DNA from: Acidobacteriota bacterium
GTDB taxonomy: Bacteria > Acidobacteriota > Vicinamibacteria > Marinacidobacterales > Marinacidobacteraceae
Assembly (NCBI GenBank): GCA_022820545.1
Contig: JAJEFG010000108.1
Coordinates: 4,122-68,121 of the forward strand
Length of the DNA: 64,000 bases
Reading direction: 5' to 3'
This document shows, one piece after another, positions 9,389 to 20,026 of the stretch. The translations under genes and the position numbers were made by a program. The notes under the pieces are model-generated. The model was not told the DNA's origin and did not search any database. It saw nothing but the letters and a program-made list of their open reading frames with translations. Numbering within the stretch: position 1 is the stretch's first letter; each line of letters begins with the position of its first letter.

Positions 9389-10954
9389 GTGGCGCCGAAA
9401 TCCGAAGGGTCTCCGGACGCCTTCGCCGAACTCGAGGCGCGGAACCGCCGCGCCGAGGAAGGCGGGGGCGCCGCCCGGCTCGAGCGGCAGCGGCGTTCCG
9501 GCAGACTGACGGCGCGCGAGCGGATCGCGACCCTCGTCGACGCCGGGTCCTTCGAGGAGACCGGAAGACTGGTCGAGCATCGCTCGCGCGATTTCGGACT
9601 GGACGAGCAGCGCTATCCCGGGGACGGCGTCGTGACCGGCTACGGCCGGATCGACGGGCGCCTCGCCTACCTGTTCGCGCAGGACTTCACGGTTCTCGGC
9701 GGCTCGCTGAGCGAGGCGGTCGCGGAGAAGATCTGCCGGACCATGGACCTCGCGGTCCGCCAGGGCGCCCCCATCATCGGGCTGAACGACTCCGGGGGCG
9801 CGCGCATCCAGGAAGGGGTGGTCTCGCTCGCCGGATACGCCGACATCTTCCTGAGGAACACGCTGGCGTCGGGAGTGGTTCCGCAGATTTCGGCCATCCT
9901 CGGGCCCTGCGCGGGGGGCGCCGTGTATTCCCCGGCCATCACCGACTTCACGATCATGTCGCGCGGCACCAGCTACATGTTCGTGACCGGGCCGGACGTG
10001 ATCCGCGCCGTGACCCACGAGGAGGTCACGATGGAGGACCTCGGCGGCGCGGAGACCCACAACACGGTCTCGGGGAACGCGCACTTCCTGGGAGAGAACG
10101 ACGAGGACTGCCTCGACCTGATCCGGCAGCTCCTCTCCTTCCTGCCGTCGAACAACCTGGAGGAGCCGCCGCGGCGTCCCTCGGCGGATCCGCCCGACCG
10201 GGAGGTCCCGTCGCTCGACAGTCTCGTTCCGGAGGAACCCGACCGGCCGTACGACATCAAGGACCTGATCGGCGAAGTGGTGGACGACGGCGAGTTCCTG
10301 GAAGTCCAGGCGCTCCACGCCGGGAACCTGGTGGTCGGTTTCGCGCGGCTCGCCGGGGCCCCGGTGGGGATCCTCGCGAACCAGCCGGCGGTGCTGGCCG
10401 GCGTCCTGGACATCCAGGCTTCCGTGAAGGGCGCCCGCTTCGTCCGTTTCTGCGACGCCTTCAACATCCCGCTGATCACGTTCGAGGACGTGCCGGGCTT
10501 CCTGCCGGGGACCCAGCAGGAGTGGGGAGGCATCATCCGGCACGGGGCGAAGCTGCTCTATGCCTTCGCGGAGGCCACCGTTCCCAAGGTCACGGTGATC
10601 ACCCGCAAGGCGTACGGCGGCGCCTACTGCGTGATGGCGAGCAAGCACATCCGGACCGACCTCAACTACGCCTGGCCGAACGCCGAGATCGCGGTGATGG
10701 GGCCGGAGGGCGCCGTGAACGTCCTCTACCGGCGGGAACTCGAAAAGGCCGAGGACGCGGAGGCAGAGCGCGCCGCCCGGGTGGCCGCCTACCGCGAGCG
10801 CTTCGCGAACCCGTACGTGGCGGCGGAGCGGGGGTACGTGGACGAGGTCATCCCGCCGCGGGCCACCCGCCGGAAACTGACCGCCGCGCTCGCCTCGCTG
10901 GCCACCAAGCGCGACCGGAACCCTCCGAAGAAGCACGGGAACATCCCGCTCTGA
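9389..10954 (+). CDS. acyl-CoA carboxylase carboxyltransferase subunit (PccB/AccD5-like, fused CT beta/alpha)
   Basis: 521 aa; '[16 protein letters not shown]...[12 protein letters not shown]...[14 protein letters not shown]...[14 protein letters not shown]' is typical of propionyl-CoA/methylmalonyl-CoA carboxyltransferase. Confidence 0.85.
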   Translation: MAPKSEGSPDAFAELEARNRRAEEGGGAARLERQRRSGRLTARERIATLVDAGSFEETGRLVEHRSRDFGLDEQRYPGDGVVTGYGRIDGRLAYLFAQDFTVLGGSLSEAVAEKICRTMDLAVRQGAPIIGLNDSGGARIQEGVVSLAGYADIFLRNTLASGVVPQISAILGPCAGGAVYSPAITDFTIMSRGTSYMFVTGPDVIRAVTHEEVTMEDLGGAETHNTVSGNAHFLGENDEDCLDLIRQLLSFLPSNNLEEPPRRPSADPPDREVPSLDSLVPEEPDRPYDIKDLIGEVVDDGEFLEVQALHAGNLVVGFARLAGAPVGILANQPAVLAGVLDIQASVKGARFVRFCDAFNIPLITFEDVPGFLPGTQQEWGGIIRHGAKLLYAFAEATVPKVTVITRKAYGGAYCVMASKHIRTDLNYAWPNAEIAVMGPEGAVNVLYRRELEKAEDAEAERAARVAAYRERFANPYVAAERGYVDEVIPPRATRRKLTAALASLATKRDRNPPKKHGNIPL

Positions 10955-10981
10955 GTCCATGCCCGGACCGCCGGCCGCCTG

Positions 10982-12496
10982 ATGTTCCGCCGCGTCCTCG
11001 TCGCCAACCGGGGTGAGATCGCGGTCCGGATCATCCGGGCCTGCCGCGACCTCGGCGTCTCGCCGGTGACGGTCCACTCCGAGGCCGACCGGGACAGCCT
11101 GCACGTGCGGCTGGCCGACGAATCCTTCGAGGTGGGGGGAGCGGCCTCCCGCGACAGCTACCTGAACGGCGAGCGGGTCCTCGAGGCGGCGCGGGCCATG
11201 GAGGCGGAGGCCCTTCATCCGGGGTACGGGTTCCTGGCGGAGAACGGCGATTTCGCCGCGCGCTGCGCCGAGCGCGGCCTCGTCTTCGTGGGACCGCCTC
11301 CCGAGGCCATGCGCCGGATGGGGGACAAGGCCGCGGCTCGGGAGACGGCGGTCGAGGCCGGCGTTCCGGTCGTCCCGGGCTCGGACATCGTCGCGGGGAA
11401 GGACGCCGAGCGCGCCGCCCCGGGGATCGGGTTCCCGCTGCTCATCAAGGCCGCGGCCGGGGGCGGGGGGATGGGAATGCGCCTCGTGCGGGAACCTTCG
11501 GACTTCCCGGACTCCCTCCGGGAGGCGCAGTCCGAAGCGGAGGCGGCCTTCGGCGACGCCCGGGTGTTCCTCGAGCGCTTCGTGGAGAACCCGCGCCACG
11601 TGGAGATCCAGGTGTTCGGCGACGACTTCGGGTCCGTGGTTCACCTCGGGGAGCGCGACTGTTCGATCCAGCGCCGGAACCAGAAGCTCCTCGAAGAGAG
11701 CCCCTCACCCGCGATCTCGCCGGAACTCCGGGCCGGGATGGGAGAGGCGGCCGTGCGGCTCGCGCGCGGCGCCGGCTACCGGAACGCCGGGACCGTGGAG
11801 TTCCTGCTCGATCCGGAAGGGCGCTTCCATTTCCTCGAAATGAACGCGCGGCTCCAGGTCGAGCATCCGGTCACCGAACTCGTATCGGGGTTGGACCTCG
11901 TCGCGCTCCAGTTGCGGATCGCCGCCGGCGAGCCGCTCGGCTTCACGCAGTCCGAGGTCTCGCTCAGCGGCGCGGCGATCGAGCTCCGGATCACCGCGGA
12001 GGATCCGTTCGCCGGCTTCGTCCCGGCCACCGGCCGTATCCGGGAGTTCCGTCCCCCCGCCGGTCCGGGGGTCCGCTGCGACGCCGGGATCGTTTCGGGC
12101 AGCGTGGTCTCCCCGCACTACGACCCCCTGCTCGCCAAGATCATCGTTTCCGGGCCCGACCGGGAAACGGCCCGGAAACGGGCCATCCGGGCCGTCCGGG
12201 AGACCCGGCTCGTCGGAGTCGCCTCGACCCTGCCCTTCTTCGAGCGGGTGCTGGCCAGCGCGCCCTTCCGCAGCGGGGACTTCGATACCTCGTTCGTCTC
12301 CGCGCACTGGCCCGCGCTCAGCCGGGACGGCGAGGACGGCGGCCGTGGGACGCATGCCGAACTGGCGCCCCTGGCGCTCGCGGCGGCGGCCGCCGAGCTG
12401 TGGCGGCGGGAAGGCTCGAACCCGCCCGCGTCCGGCGCGCCCCCGTCCCGGTGGCGGCTCGCCGGCGTCGCGGAAGCGCATCGCGAACGGCTCTGA
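10982..12496 (+). CDS. accC: biotin carboxylase subunit of acyl-CoA carboxylase
   Basis: 'MFRRVLVANRGEIAVRIIRACRDLG...HPGYGFLAEN...GPPPEAMRRMGDKAAARE...' ATP-grasp biotin carboxylase; 504 aa. Confidence 0.9.
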   Translation: MFRRVLVANRGEIAVRIIRACRDLGVSPVTVHSEADRDSLHVRLADESFEVGGAASRDSYLNGERVLEAARAMEAEALHPGYGFLAENGDFAARCAERGLVFVGPPPEAMRRMGDKAAARETAVEAGVPVVPGSDIVAGKDAERAAPGIGFPLLIKAAAGGGGMGMRLVREPSDFPDSLREAQSEAEAAFGDARVFLERFVENPRHVEIQVFGDDFGSVVHLGERDCSIQRRNQKLLEESPSPAISPELRAGMGEAAVRLARGAGYRNAGTVEFLLDPEGRFHFLEMNARLQVEHPVTELVSGLDLVALQLRIAAGEPLGFTQSEVSLSGAAIELRITAEDPFAGFVPATGRIREFRPPAGPGVRCDAGIVSGSVVSPHYDPLLAKIIVSGPDRETARKRAIRAVRETRLVGVASTLPFFERVLASAPFRSGDFDTSFVSAHWPALSRDGEDGGRGTHAELAPLALAAAAAELWRREGSNPPASGAPPSRWRLAGVAEAHRERL

Positions 12497-13020
12497 TGCG
12501 GCGCACCCTCTCGCTCGACGGCCAGGACCGCCGGGTCGAGGTACGGGCGGAGGCGGGCGGTGTCCTGCGGGTCGGGATCGAGGGCGGCGACGGCGAACTG
12601 GTCGCTCGCCAGACCCCCGGTGGCTGGACGGTCACGAACGGCCGCCGCACGGTCGAGGCCGGCGTCACCGGCGAGCGGACCGGCGAGCTGGTGGTCCAGA
12701 TCGCCGGACACACCTGGCGGCTCGCAACCGGCCGGAACGCGGCCGGCGGCTCCCGCCGTAGCGGTTCCGCGGCCGGCGGGGCGGCGGGTGGACGCGCCGA
12801 GGTGCGGACCCCGATGCCGGGCAAGGTGGTACGCGTCCTGCGGGAAGAGGGCGAGCAGGTCGCCGCCGGCGACGGTGTGCTGGTGTTCGAGGCCATGAAG
12901 ATGCAGAACGAGGTCCGGGCTCCGGAGAGCGGGGTCATCGCTAACATGAGGGCTGCCGCGGGAACTCCCATGGAGGGCGGCGAACTACTGTTCGTCGTGG
13001 AGCCCGCGGAATCTGCGTGA
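12496..13020 (+). CDS. biotin carboxyl carrier protein (biotin/lipoyl attachment domain)
   Basis: C-terminal 'GDGVLVFEAMKMQNEVRAPESGVI' biotinyl-lysine motif (EAMKM). The ATG overlaps the accC TGA (ATGA-type coupling). N-terminal part is low-complexity. Confidence 0.75.
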   Translation: MRRTLSLDGQDRRVEVRAEAGGVLRVGIEGGDGELVARQTPGGWTVTNGRRTVEAGVTGERTGELVVQIAGHTWRLATGRNAAGGSRRSGSAAGGAAGGRAEVRTPMPGKVVRVLREEGEQVAAGDGVLVFEAMKMQNEVRAPESGVIANMRAAAGTPMEGGELLFVVEPAESA

Positions 13021-16000
13021 CTGCTTCCGCTCCGAACCGCCCGAACCGCCGGTTCCGGCTGGTGTTGGTGGGCGCCGCCGCCGCCTCGGCGTTGTCCCTC
13101 GGGGTGATCTTCTGGGTCGTTTCGAGCCTGGATCCCGAGCGTCTGGGCGCCTATGTCACCGGCCGGCTCAGCGCCGTGCTGGGCCGCCCGGTCGCGGCGA
13201 GCGGCTTCGAGTTCTCGCTTCCGCGGGGGGAGTTCGTCCTTCGCGGACTCCAGCTCGGGAGGGAGCCCACCGACATCGGTCCGCCGCCCCCCGCCTTTTC
13301 GATCGACCGGATCCGCGGCCGCCTGAGCTGGCGTTCGCTGTTTCCGGCGCGCCTCCACCTCGAGAGCCTCGATGTCGAGGGGGTGGGCCTCTGGGGTCTC
13401 GACGACGGTGGCAGACCGCAACCGGAGTCCGCCCCCCTGGGACCCGCCATCGAGGCGGTGGCTGCCCGGCTTTCGTTCTCTTCGAACCGGATATCGGTGT
13501 CCGGAACCACGATCGGGTACCGGAACCGGCCGACGCCGTGGGAAGTCCGCGCCGACGACGTCGCCTTCAGCCTCCGGACCGGCGAGGAGGGAGGGGTGGA
13601 CGGCGAAATCCGGTCCGGTTGGGGCGTGATCCGCCTCTGGGAACGCCCGGATCTTCCGATGGCGCTGTCGTCGGACTTCCGGATCCGGGAGAACGACCTG
13701 CACATCGACTTCCTCGAGCTGCGCTCCGACCTGCTCGAGGTGCGCTTCGACGGAACCATGGACATGGCCAACGATCTCGACGGCCGCCTCCGGATGGTCG
13801 GAACCGGGGACGCCGGCGGTCTGGGCCGATTCCTGTTCGAGTTCGAGGGCATGGACACCGAGGGGGATCCCTGGCTCCAGTTCGACGGAACGGCGGGGTT
13901 CCAGGAGAACGGTCTGGCGATCGACGGTGACTTCGCATTGCCGCGGAGCCGTTTCTTCGGCGTTCCCCTGCGGGACTGGACGGGAGTCGTGCACTGGGAT
14001 CCCGAGCGCGTCGAGATCCTCTCCTCGCGGGGACTCGCGTCCGAGGGACCGGCCACCCTGCGGCTGCTCCAGGTGCAGCCGCGGGAGGAGAACCCGGCGG
14101 AGATCCTCCTGAGCGTCCGCGACGGAGCGCTGGCGCCCTCCCTCGAGGGCGTCTTCGGAACGCCGACCACGATCCGTTCGCTGGTGACGCTCGACGCGGA
14201 CCTGCGCATGCCCCTCGCCGATCCGGGGCTGATGACCGGGACCATCCAGGCCACCGGCCTGATGCCGGACGCCACGGCGCCGGGAGAGCTGCCGCTCGGC
14301 TTCGAGGCCGACCTGCGGATGGATGACACGGCGACCGACATCCTCCGCGTCGTCCTGGAAGGCGAGGCCTTCCGCGGCTCCATGGAAGGCCGCTATCCCC
14401 GAGCCGGGGACGCGAGCATCACGGCGACCGCGCTCGCGGGAGAATCGGCCGAGGCCGACGCGATGCAGCAGGAGCTGCGGCGGGTGCTCTTCGCGGAGGA
14501 TCCCGAGACGACGTACTGGGACGTCGCGGGGGCCGGGGGGTTCGAGGGCGTCGTCCGCGGCCGGTGGCCCGATCTCGTGCTGGAGGGAGAGGTCGAGGGC
14601 CAGACGATGCGCTTCTCCACGATCGACACGGAAACCCTGATCGCGACCGGGAGGATCGTGCGCGACGCGATCTTCCTCGACAGCCTGAACGCGCGGTTCG
14701 GCGAGGGGACGATCTCCGCCTCGGGAGTCTTCGACCGCGCCGCCGTCGACTATCCGGACATGGAGTTCGACGCCGACTGGGAGGCGTGGGACGCCCGGGA
14801 GATCATCGATTTCCTCGAGTGGGACCTCGAGGCGGACGGAACCACGAGCGGCCGCAGCCACACCGTGCGGCGGGACGAGCGCTACACGGGAGGCGGGTCC
14901 GCGACCGGTTCCGACGGGCACGTCCTCGAACAGCCGTTCGACGAGGTGGCCATCACCTGGGACATGGACGGCGACACGGCCCGGCTGGCCCCCATGAGCG
15001 GGACGTTTCGGGAAGGCACGGCCGAAGGGACCCTCGACATCGGCCTCGTGGACTGGGAGATGGAGGGTCTCGTCACCGGCAGCGACTACCCCCTGACGCC
15101 CGGCCTGGCGCCCGAGTGGATTTCCATCCGCTCCGATTTCCGCCTCGAGGTCGGCGGCGACCTCCTGGTTCCGGAACTCCGCCTCGAGGCGCGGGTGCCG
15201 AACGCCGCGGTCCTCGGCCTGTCCCTCGGCCCCGGCGACATCCGGGGGTCGGTCTACGGCGAGGACTTCGAGGGCAGCGGGACGCTGGATTCGGGCGCCG
15301 CGTCCTTCCGGATGCAGGGACGGGTCCCGCTCGGCACCGACGGCGCCGGCACCGTCACGATCCGGGGCGTGGACGTCGCGCCCATCCTCTTCGACGCGCC
15401 GGCCGAACGCGGGTTCTCCATCGTGGTCGGCGGGTCCGGAGACTTCCACATCGAGGATCCGCTCGACGAATGGATGACCGGGGCCGCGACGCTCGAGACC
15501 CTGAGGATCACCGCGCCGGACTTCGTGGCCGAGACCGGCGGGCCGACCACCGTCCGCCTGCAGGACGCGCGGGTGCACGTCGCGGGTCTCCGTCTCCTGC
15601 ATGCCGACAGCCAACTGGCGCTCGAGGGGTCCATCGGGCTGGATGACGAGCTCCTCGATCTGTCGCTGCTGGGACAGACGTCGCTGCTCGCCACCGCGCC
15701 CTTCGTACCCTGGCTTGCCGCGGACGGCGCGTTCGGCCTCGAAGCCGCGGTGGTCGGCCCCTGGACCGAGCCGGAAGTCCTGGGCACCGGGACGATCCGG
15801 AACGGCTCCTTCCGCGTCGAGGGGTTTCCGCACGCCCTGACCGACGTGGAGGGCACCGTCGATTTCGATCAGCGGACGCTGCGGATCGCGGAGGTCATCG
15901 GCCGCATGGGCGGCGGCGAGGCCGTCGTCTCCGGCTCGATCTCGGTCGAGGACGCGGAGTTCGCCGCCACCGACCTGCGCGTCCAGCTCACCGGCTCCAG

Positions 16001-16931
16001 CCTTCGCTATCCGAGTGACCTGAGCGCGACCGTGGACGCCGACCTGCGGCTCCTCGGCGATCAGAGCGGCCGCCTCCTCACCGGGGAGGTGATCCTCGAC
16101 GAGGCGGTATGGAGCCGCGAATACGAGTTCTTCGCGAGTATCCTCGCCGACGTCAACAGCGTCGCGCGCCCCGAGGAGACCGAATCGAGCGGGTTCCTGG
16201 ACGAGCTGCGGATGGACATCCAGGTGGAGACGGACTCGCCCTTCGCGGTCCGGAACTCCATCTTCCAGCTCGACGCCGCGGCGGACTTCGGCCTCCGGGG
16301 GACCGCCGGCTCCCCCGCGGTGCTGGGGCGCGCCGACCTCGTCGGGGGCGAGGTGTACTTCAGCGCGCACCGGTTCCAGATCGCCTCCGGGCGCGCCGAC
16401 TTCATCGATCCCGAGGGGATCGAACCGGTGTTCGAGATCGAGGCCGAGACCAGCGTCCGCAGCTACCGGGTGCGGCTCGCCGCGACGGGAACGGCGGAGC
16501 AGATCGACGCGAACCTCAGCTCCGAGCCGCCCCTCCGGGAGGCCGACATCCTCCGGCTCCTCGCCGGCGCCCCGGAGCAGGATCTTCTGAGGGCGGCGAG
16601 CGACGACGAACTCGCGGCGGCCTCCGCGGCGAGCCTGCTGAGCCAGCAGCTCAGCAACATGATCGGCCGGCGCGCCGGCCGGGTGTTCGGGATCGACCGG
16701 GTCAGCATCGATCCCTTCATGATCGGCCGTTTCAGCAATCCGACCGCGAGGGTCACGCTGGGCAAGCAGGTGACCCGCGATCTCAACGTCCGCTACTCCT
16801 CGAGCCTGTCGGACGCCGAGGAGTCCATCATCGTGGTCGAGTACACCCCGAGCGGCCCCGTCTCCTGGATCTTCTCGCGGGACCAGGATGGCTCGCTGGG
16901 GGTGGACGTCCGGTTTCATCGGAGTTTCTAG
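13017..16931 (+). CDS. tamB: translocation and assembly module protein TamB-like (DUF490 family), 1304 aa
   Basis: N-terminal signal-anchor (RFRLVLVGAAAASALSLGVIFWVV), very long beta-rich repetitive body, and a C-terminal DUF490-like region ('...RVTLGKQVTRDLNVRYSSSLSDAEESIIVVEYTPSGPVSWIFSRDQDGSLGVDVRFHRSF'). GTG start overlaps the BCCP stop. Confidence 0.8.
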   Translation: MTASAPNRPNRRFRLVLVGAAAASALSLGVIFWVVSSLDPERLGAYVTGRLSAVLGRPVAASGFEFSLPRGEFVLRGLQLGREPTDIGPPPPAFSIDRIRGRLSWRSLFPARLHLESLDVEGVGLWGLDDGGRPQPESAPLGPAIEAVAARLSFSSNRISVSGTTIGYRNRPTPWEVRADDVAFSLRTGEEGGVDGEIRSGWGVIRLWERPDLPMALSSDFRIRENDLHIDFLELRSDLLEVRFDGTMDMANDLDGRLRMVGTGDAGGLGRFLFEFEGMDTEGDPWLQFDGTAGFQENGLAIDGDFALPRSRFFGVPLRDWTGVVHWDPERVEILSSRGLASEGPATLRLLQVQPREENPAEILLSVRDGALAPSLEGVFGTPTTIRSLVTLDADLRMPLADPGLMTGTIQATGLMPDATAPGELPLGFEADLRMDDTATDILRVVLEGEAFRGSMEGRYPRAGDASITATALAGESAEADAMQQELRRVLFAEDPETTYWDVAGAGGFEGVVRGRWPDLVLEGEVEGQTMRFSTIDTETLIATGRIVRDAIFLDSLNARFGEGTISASGVFDRAAVDYPDMEFDADWEAWDAREIIDFLEWDLEADGTTSGRSHTVRRDERYTGGGSATGSDGHVLEQPFDEVAITWDMDGDTARLAPMSGTFREGTAEGTLDIGLVDWEMEGLVTGSDYPLTPGLAPEWISIRSDFRLEVGGDLLVPELRLEARVPNAAVLGLSLGPGDIRGSVYGEDFEGSGTLDSGAASFRMQGRVPLGTDGAGTVTIRGVDVAPILFDAPAERGFSIVVGGSGDFHIEDPLDEWMTGAATLETLRITAPDFVAETGGPTTVRLQDARVHVAGLRLLHADSQLALEGSIGLDDELLDLSLLGQTSLLATAPFVPWLAADGAFGLEAAVVGPWTEPEVLGTGTIRNGSFRVEGFPHALTDVEGTVDFDQRTLRIAEVIGRMGGGEAVVSGSISVEDAEFAATDLRVQLTGSSLRYPSDLSATVDADLRLLGDQSGRLLTGEVILDEAVWSREYEFFASILADVNSVARPEETESSGFLDELRMDIQVETDSPFAVRNSIFQLDAAADFGLRGTAGSPAVLGRADLVGGEVYFSAHRFQIASGRADFIDPEGIEPVFEIEAETSVRSYRVRLAATGTAEQIDANLSSEPPLREADILRLLAGAPEQDLLRAASDDELAAASAASLLSQQLSNMIGRRAGRVFGIDRVSIDPFMIGRFSNPTARVTLGKQVTRDLNVRYSSSLSDAEESIIVVEYTPSGPVSWIFSRDQDGSLGVDVRFHRSF

Positions 16932-16937
16932 CCCACC

Positions 16938-19724
16938 GTGGTGGAAGCACCCCGCACCGTCATGGGCGCGGCCTGGACGGCGCACCGGCCGGTTCTCCTT
17001 GCCGGCATCCTGTCGGCAACGTTCGCGGTCGCCGCCGGCGGGCAAACCGTGACCGACCAGCCCGAGGATCCGCTCTCGCAGCGCGTGGACTCGGTCGTGG
17101 TCCGCTGGGCCGACGGGAGCGCCGAACCGGTGCCCGACGAGGTCTCCCGTCTGATTTCGGTGCGTCCGGGAACCCGTTTCCGCCCGCTGGTCGCGCGCCA
17201 GTCGGTGAAACAGGTGTTCGCGCTCGGCCGTTTCCGCGATGTCCGGGTGCGCTCGGAGGAAGCGCCGGGCGGGGACCTGCGGCTCATCTTCGAACTCGAC
17301 CCCATACCCGGCATCGCCCGGCTGAGCGTCGAAGGCGCTCCCCCCGGCGAGGACCTGAACCTCATCGCCACGCTCGGCCTCGAGGCGGGGGAGCCCGTCC
17401 CCGACGACCTCCCGGTCCGGGCGGAGGCCGGCGAAGACTGGCTTCGCTCGCGCGGCTACGTGAGCGCGGAGGTGAACATCCAGAGCGTTCCGGAGGGCCG
17501 GGATGCGCTGCTCGAGGTGACGGTGGCCGCCGCCGAGCGGGCGCGGGTGGCCTCGATCGAGGCCCTCGGGGTGGACGATGAACTGGGCCGCGACCTCATC
17601 TCGGCGCTGGGGATCTCGGGGGACGATCCCTGGATCGAAGCGGAGGTCACGGCGCGGCTGCCGGAGGTGGAGGCAAGGCTCCGCGACCGCGGGTTCCTGT
17701 TCGGCACGGCAACCCTCGATTGGAGGCCGACCGGCGCGGGGGACGTCCAGGTCTTCCTGTCCGTGGACCGCGGCCCCGAAGTCGCCCTGGAGGTGCAGGG
17801 GTTCGGCGCGGCGCAGGGAGACGCGGAGGGCGTGGTGGCCGGGCTTTCCGGACAGACCCTGACGCTCGACGCGATCGAGGCCGCCCGGCAGGAGCTTCTC
17901 GACGAACTCCGGCGCGAGGGACGGCGGGAGGGCGCCGTCACGGTGGAGAGCGTCGAGAGCGCGGACGGTGGAGACCGGACCTTCGTGTTCTCGGCCGACC
18001 CGGGCCCCCGATACGTCGTCGGCGCCGTCTCGTCGGAGGGTGCGCCCCCGGAGGAAGCGGACACCGTCGCCGAAGTCCTGCTGCCGCTCCGGCCCGGCCG
18101 CCCCTACCGTGAGGAGGAGTGGCAGGCGCTGACCGAGAGCGTGCGGCGGACGCTCCGCGGCCTGGGATACTTCCAGGCCGAGGTCGTGCCGCTCCCGCCC
18201 CAGCCCGGGGAGCCCGGGGACGATGGCCTTTCGCTCGATCTCCGGGTCCGCATCGAGCCGGGTCCACTCGCCTCCGTCGCGGCGGCGCGTTTCGAGGGGA
18301 GTGACGCGTTCACGGACGCCGAGCTGGCGGAGGTGGCGGCCATCGTGCCCGGTGCGCCCTACGTGGCCGAAGAGATCGTGAACGCCCGGGAGGACCTGGA
18401 GGCGTTCCACCGGAACCGGGGATACCTGGAGGCGGTGGTGGAGGTCGAGGCTCCGGTCGATCCGGTCACTCACGAGGCGGAGGTCGTCTTCCGGATCCGC
18501 CCCGGGAGCTACTTCACGGTCGGGGGCATCATCGTGGCGGGCCTCGGCACCACGCGGGACTCCGTGATCCGCTCCCGTCTCCCCTTTGCGGAGGGGGACG
18601 CGCTGGGAAGCGGCGATCTGCTGGAAGTGCGCCGGCGTCTCGTGTCCATGGGGATCTTCCGGAGCGTGGACGTGAATCTCCTGGAACCCGAGGAGCCGAT
18701 CAGCGAACGCAACGTGCTGATTCGGGTGGTGGAGGGCCCGCGCACCAGCATCGGCTACGGCGCCGGCTACAGCGAGCGCGAGCAGGTTCGGGGAGAGGGC
18801 GAATGGACCCGGAACAACCTCTTCGGGATGGGCCACACCCTGAGCCTGTTCGGCCGGTTCTCGCTCAGGGGCACGCGCATGGTGGCCACCTACCGGGGGG
18901 CGGAGAGCGTGGAGGGCGACATCCCCATCTTCGTGAGCGCGTTCCGGGAGTCGCAGGACCGCGAGAGTCTCGACTTCATCCGCTCCGGCATCGGCGTCCA
19001 GGTGACCCGCAGGATCCTGGGGCGGAACGTGTTCCTGCGCTACGACCTGACCACCAGCGAGCTGTTCGACCTGAAGATCAACCCGATCCAGATCGATCGC
19101 AACTTCGCCGACAACCTCTGGCTCTCGGCGGTCTCGGCGTCGGTGGTCACCGACACCCGCGACGATCCCGTGGACCCCCGCCGGGGCCGGTTCGGAATCG
19201 TGGACGTGGAGTGGTCCTCGGCGCTCCTCAGGTCCCGGGCGCCCTTCCTGAAGGGGTTGGGGCAGCAGTACCTGTTCTTTCCCATCGGCCAGCAGGTCGT
19301 CCTCGCCGTCAGCGGGCGGCTCGGCCTCGCGTGGACGCTGGGTGCGGACCAGCCGGCCCTGGTTCCGATCACCGAGCGGTTCTTCGCCGGGGGAGCCACC
19401 AGCCTTCGCGGCTACAAGCTGGACCGCGCCGGACCGCTCGATCCGAGCGGATACCCGGTCGGCGGGAACATGCTCATCGTGGGGAACCTCGAGGTCCGGT
19501 TCCCGATCATGGGAAGCCTGCGGGGCGCCGTGTTCTCGGACCACGGCGGGGTCTACAGCGAGGTCGCCTCGTTCCGCCTGCCGGACCTGGGGCACAACGT
19601 CGGCGCCGGGCTCCGCTGGAACACCCCGCTGGGACCGCTCCGGTTCGACTACGGAGTCCGGTTGGGCGACATCGGCGACGCCCCGCGCGGCCAGTGGCAC
19701 TTCACCATCGGCCACGCGTTCTAG
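16938..19724 (+). CDS. bamA: outer membrane protein assembly factor BamA/Omp85 family (POTRA repeats + beta-barrel)
   Basis: Signal peptide, then multiple POTRA-like segments; the C-terminal barrel ends with an aromatic residue 'GQWHFTIGHAF'. 'FFAGGATSLRGY', typical of the Omp85 barrel, is present. The ATG at about 16962 (MGAAW...) may be the true start. Confidence 0.85.
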   Translation: MVEAPRTVMGAAWTAHRPVLLAGILSATFAVAAGGQTVTDQPEDPLSQRVDSVVVRWADGSAEPVPDEVSRLISVRPGTRFRPLVARQSVKQVFALGRFRDVRVRSEEAPGGDLRLIFELDPIPGIARLSVEGAPPGEDLNLIATLGLEAGEPVPDDLPVRAEAGEDWLRSRGYVSAEVNIQSVPEGRDALLEVTVAAAERARVASIEALGVDDELGRDLISALGISGDDPWIEAEVTARLPEVEARLRDRGFLFGTATLDWRPTGAGDVQVFLSVDRGPEVALEVQGFGAAQGDAEGVVAGLSGQTLTLDAIEAARQELLDELRREGRREGAVTVESVESADGGDRTFVFSADPGPRYVVGAVSSEGAPPEEADTVAEVLLPLRPGRPYREEEWQALTESVRRTLRGLGYFQAEVVPLPPQPGEPGDDGLSLDLRVRIEPGPLASVAAARFEGSDAFTDAELAEVAAIVPGAPYVAEEIVNAREDLEAFHRNRGYLEAVVEVEAPVDPVTHEAEVVFRIRPGSYFTVGGIIVAGLGTTRDSVIRSRLPFAEGDALGSGDLLEVRRRLVSMGIFRSVDVNLLEPEEPISERNVLIRVVEGPRTSIGYGAGYSEREQVRGEGEWTRNNLFGMGHTLSLFGRFSLRGTRMVATYRGAESVEGDIPIFVSAFRESQDRESLDFIRSGIGVQVTRRILGRNVFLRYDLTTSELFDLKINPIQIDRNFADNLWLSAVSASVVTDTRDDPVDPRRGRFGIVDVEWSSALLRSRAPFLKGLGQQYLFFPIGQQVVLAVSGRLGLAWTLGADQPALVPITERFFAGGATSLRGYKLDRAGPLDPSGYPVGGNMLIVGNLEVRFPIMGSLRGAVFSDHGGVYSEVASFRLPDLGHNVGAGLRWNTPLGPLRFDYGVRLGDIGDAPRGQWHFTIGHAF

Positions 19725-19730
19725 CGGCTT

Positions 19731-19800
19731 GGAGCGCCGGCTTCAGCCGGCACGCGCTTGCGCGGCAGCGCACGGCGCGACCCCACGGGGCAGGAGCGGC
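19731..19800 (+). repeat. REP-like two-hairpin intergenic repeat (family copy E)
   Basis: ggagcgccggcttcagccggcacgcgcttgcgcggcagcgcacggcgcg... ; hairpin 1 is GCCGGC-TTCA-GCCGGC (compensatory variant of the family stem). Confidence 0.6.
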
Positions 19801-20026
19801 CCCCGCGCCTCGCCCGGGATCCGGCAACCGGCCCCGTCTGTGCCAGACTGCCCCCGTGCCCGGACACGGCCGAATCCCGGCGAGAGGCCTGAACTCCCAC
19901 GAGCGCCGCTTCCGCTGGTCTGTCCGCCTCGTATTCGGCTTCGTTCTGCTGCTTGGCCCCGTCCCCGCTGTTTCGGGAGGCGGTGGGGCGGGCGGGCGCG
20001 GGCAGGTTCAGGCGCGAACGGAAGCC

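Noticed and set aside
12318-19715. Giant 2465-aa ORF on the minus strand
   Set aside because: - It is antisense to the well-supported tamB and bamA genes.
- Its composition is Arg/Gly/Pro/Asp-rich with no motifs, the typical stop-codon-poor antisense frame of about 70% GC DNA.
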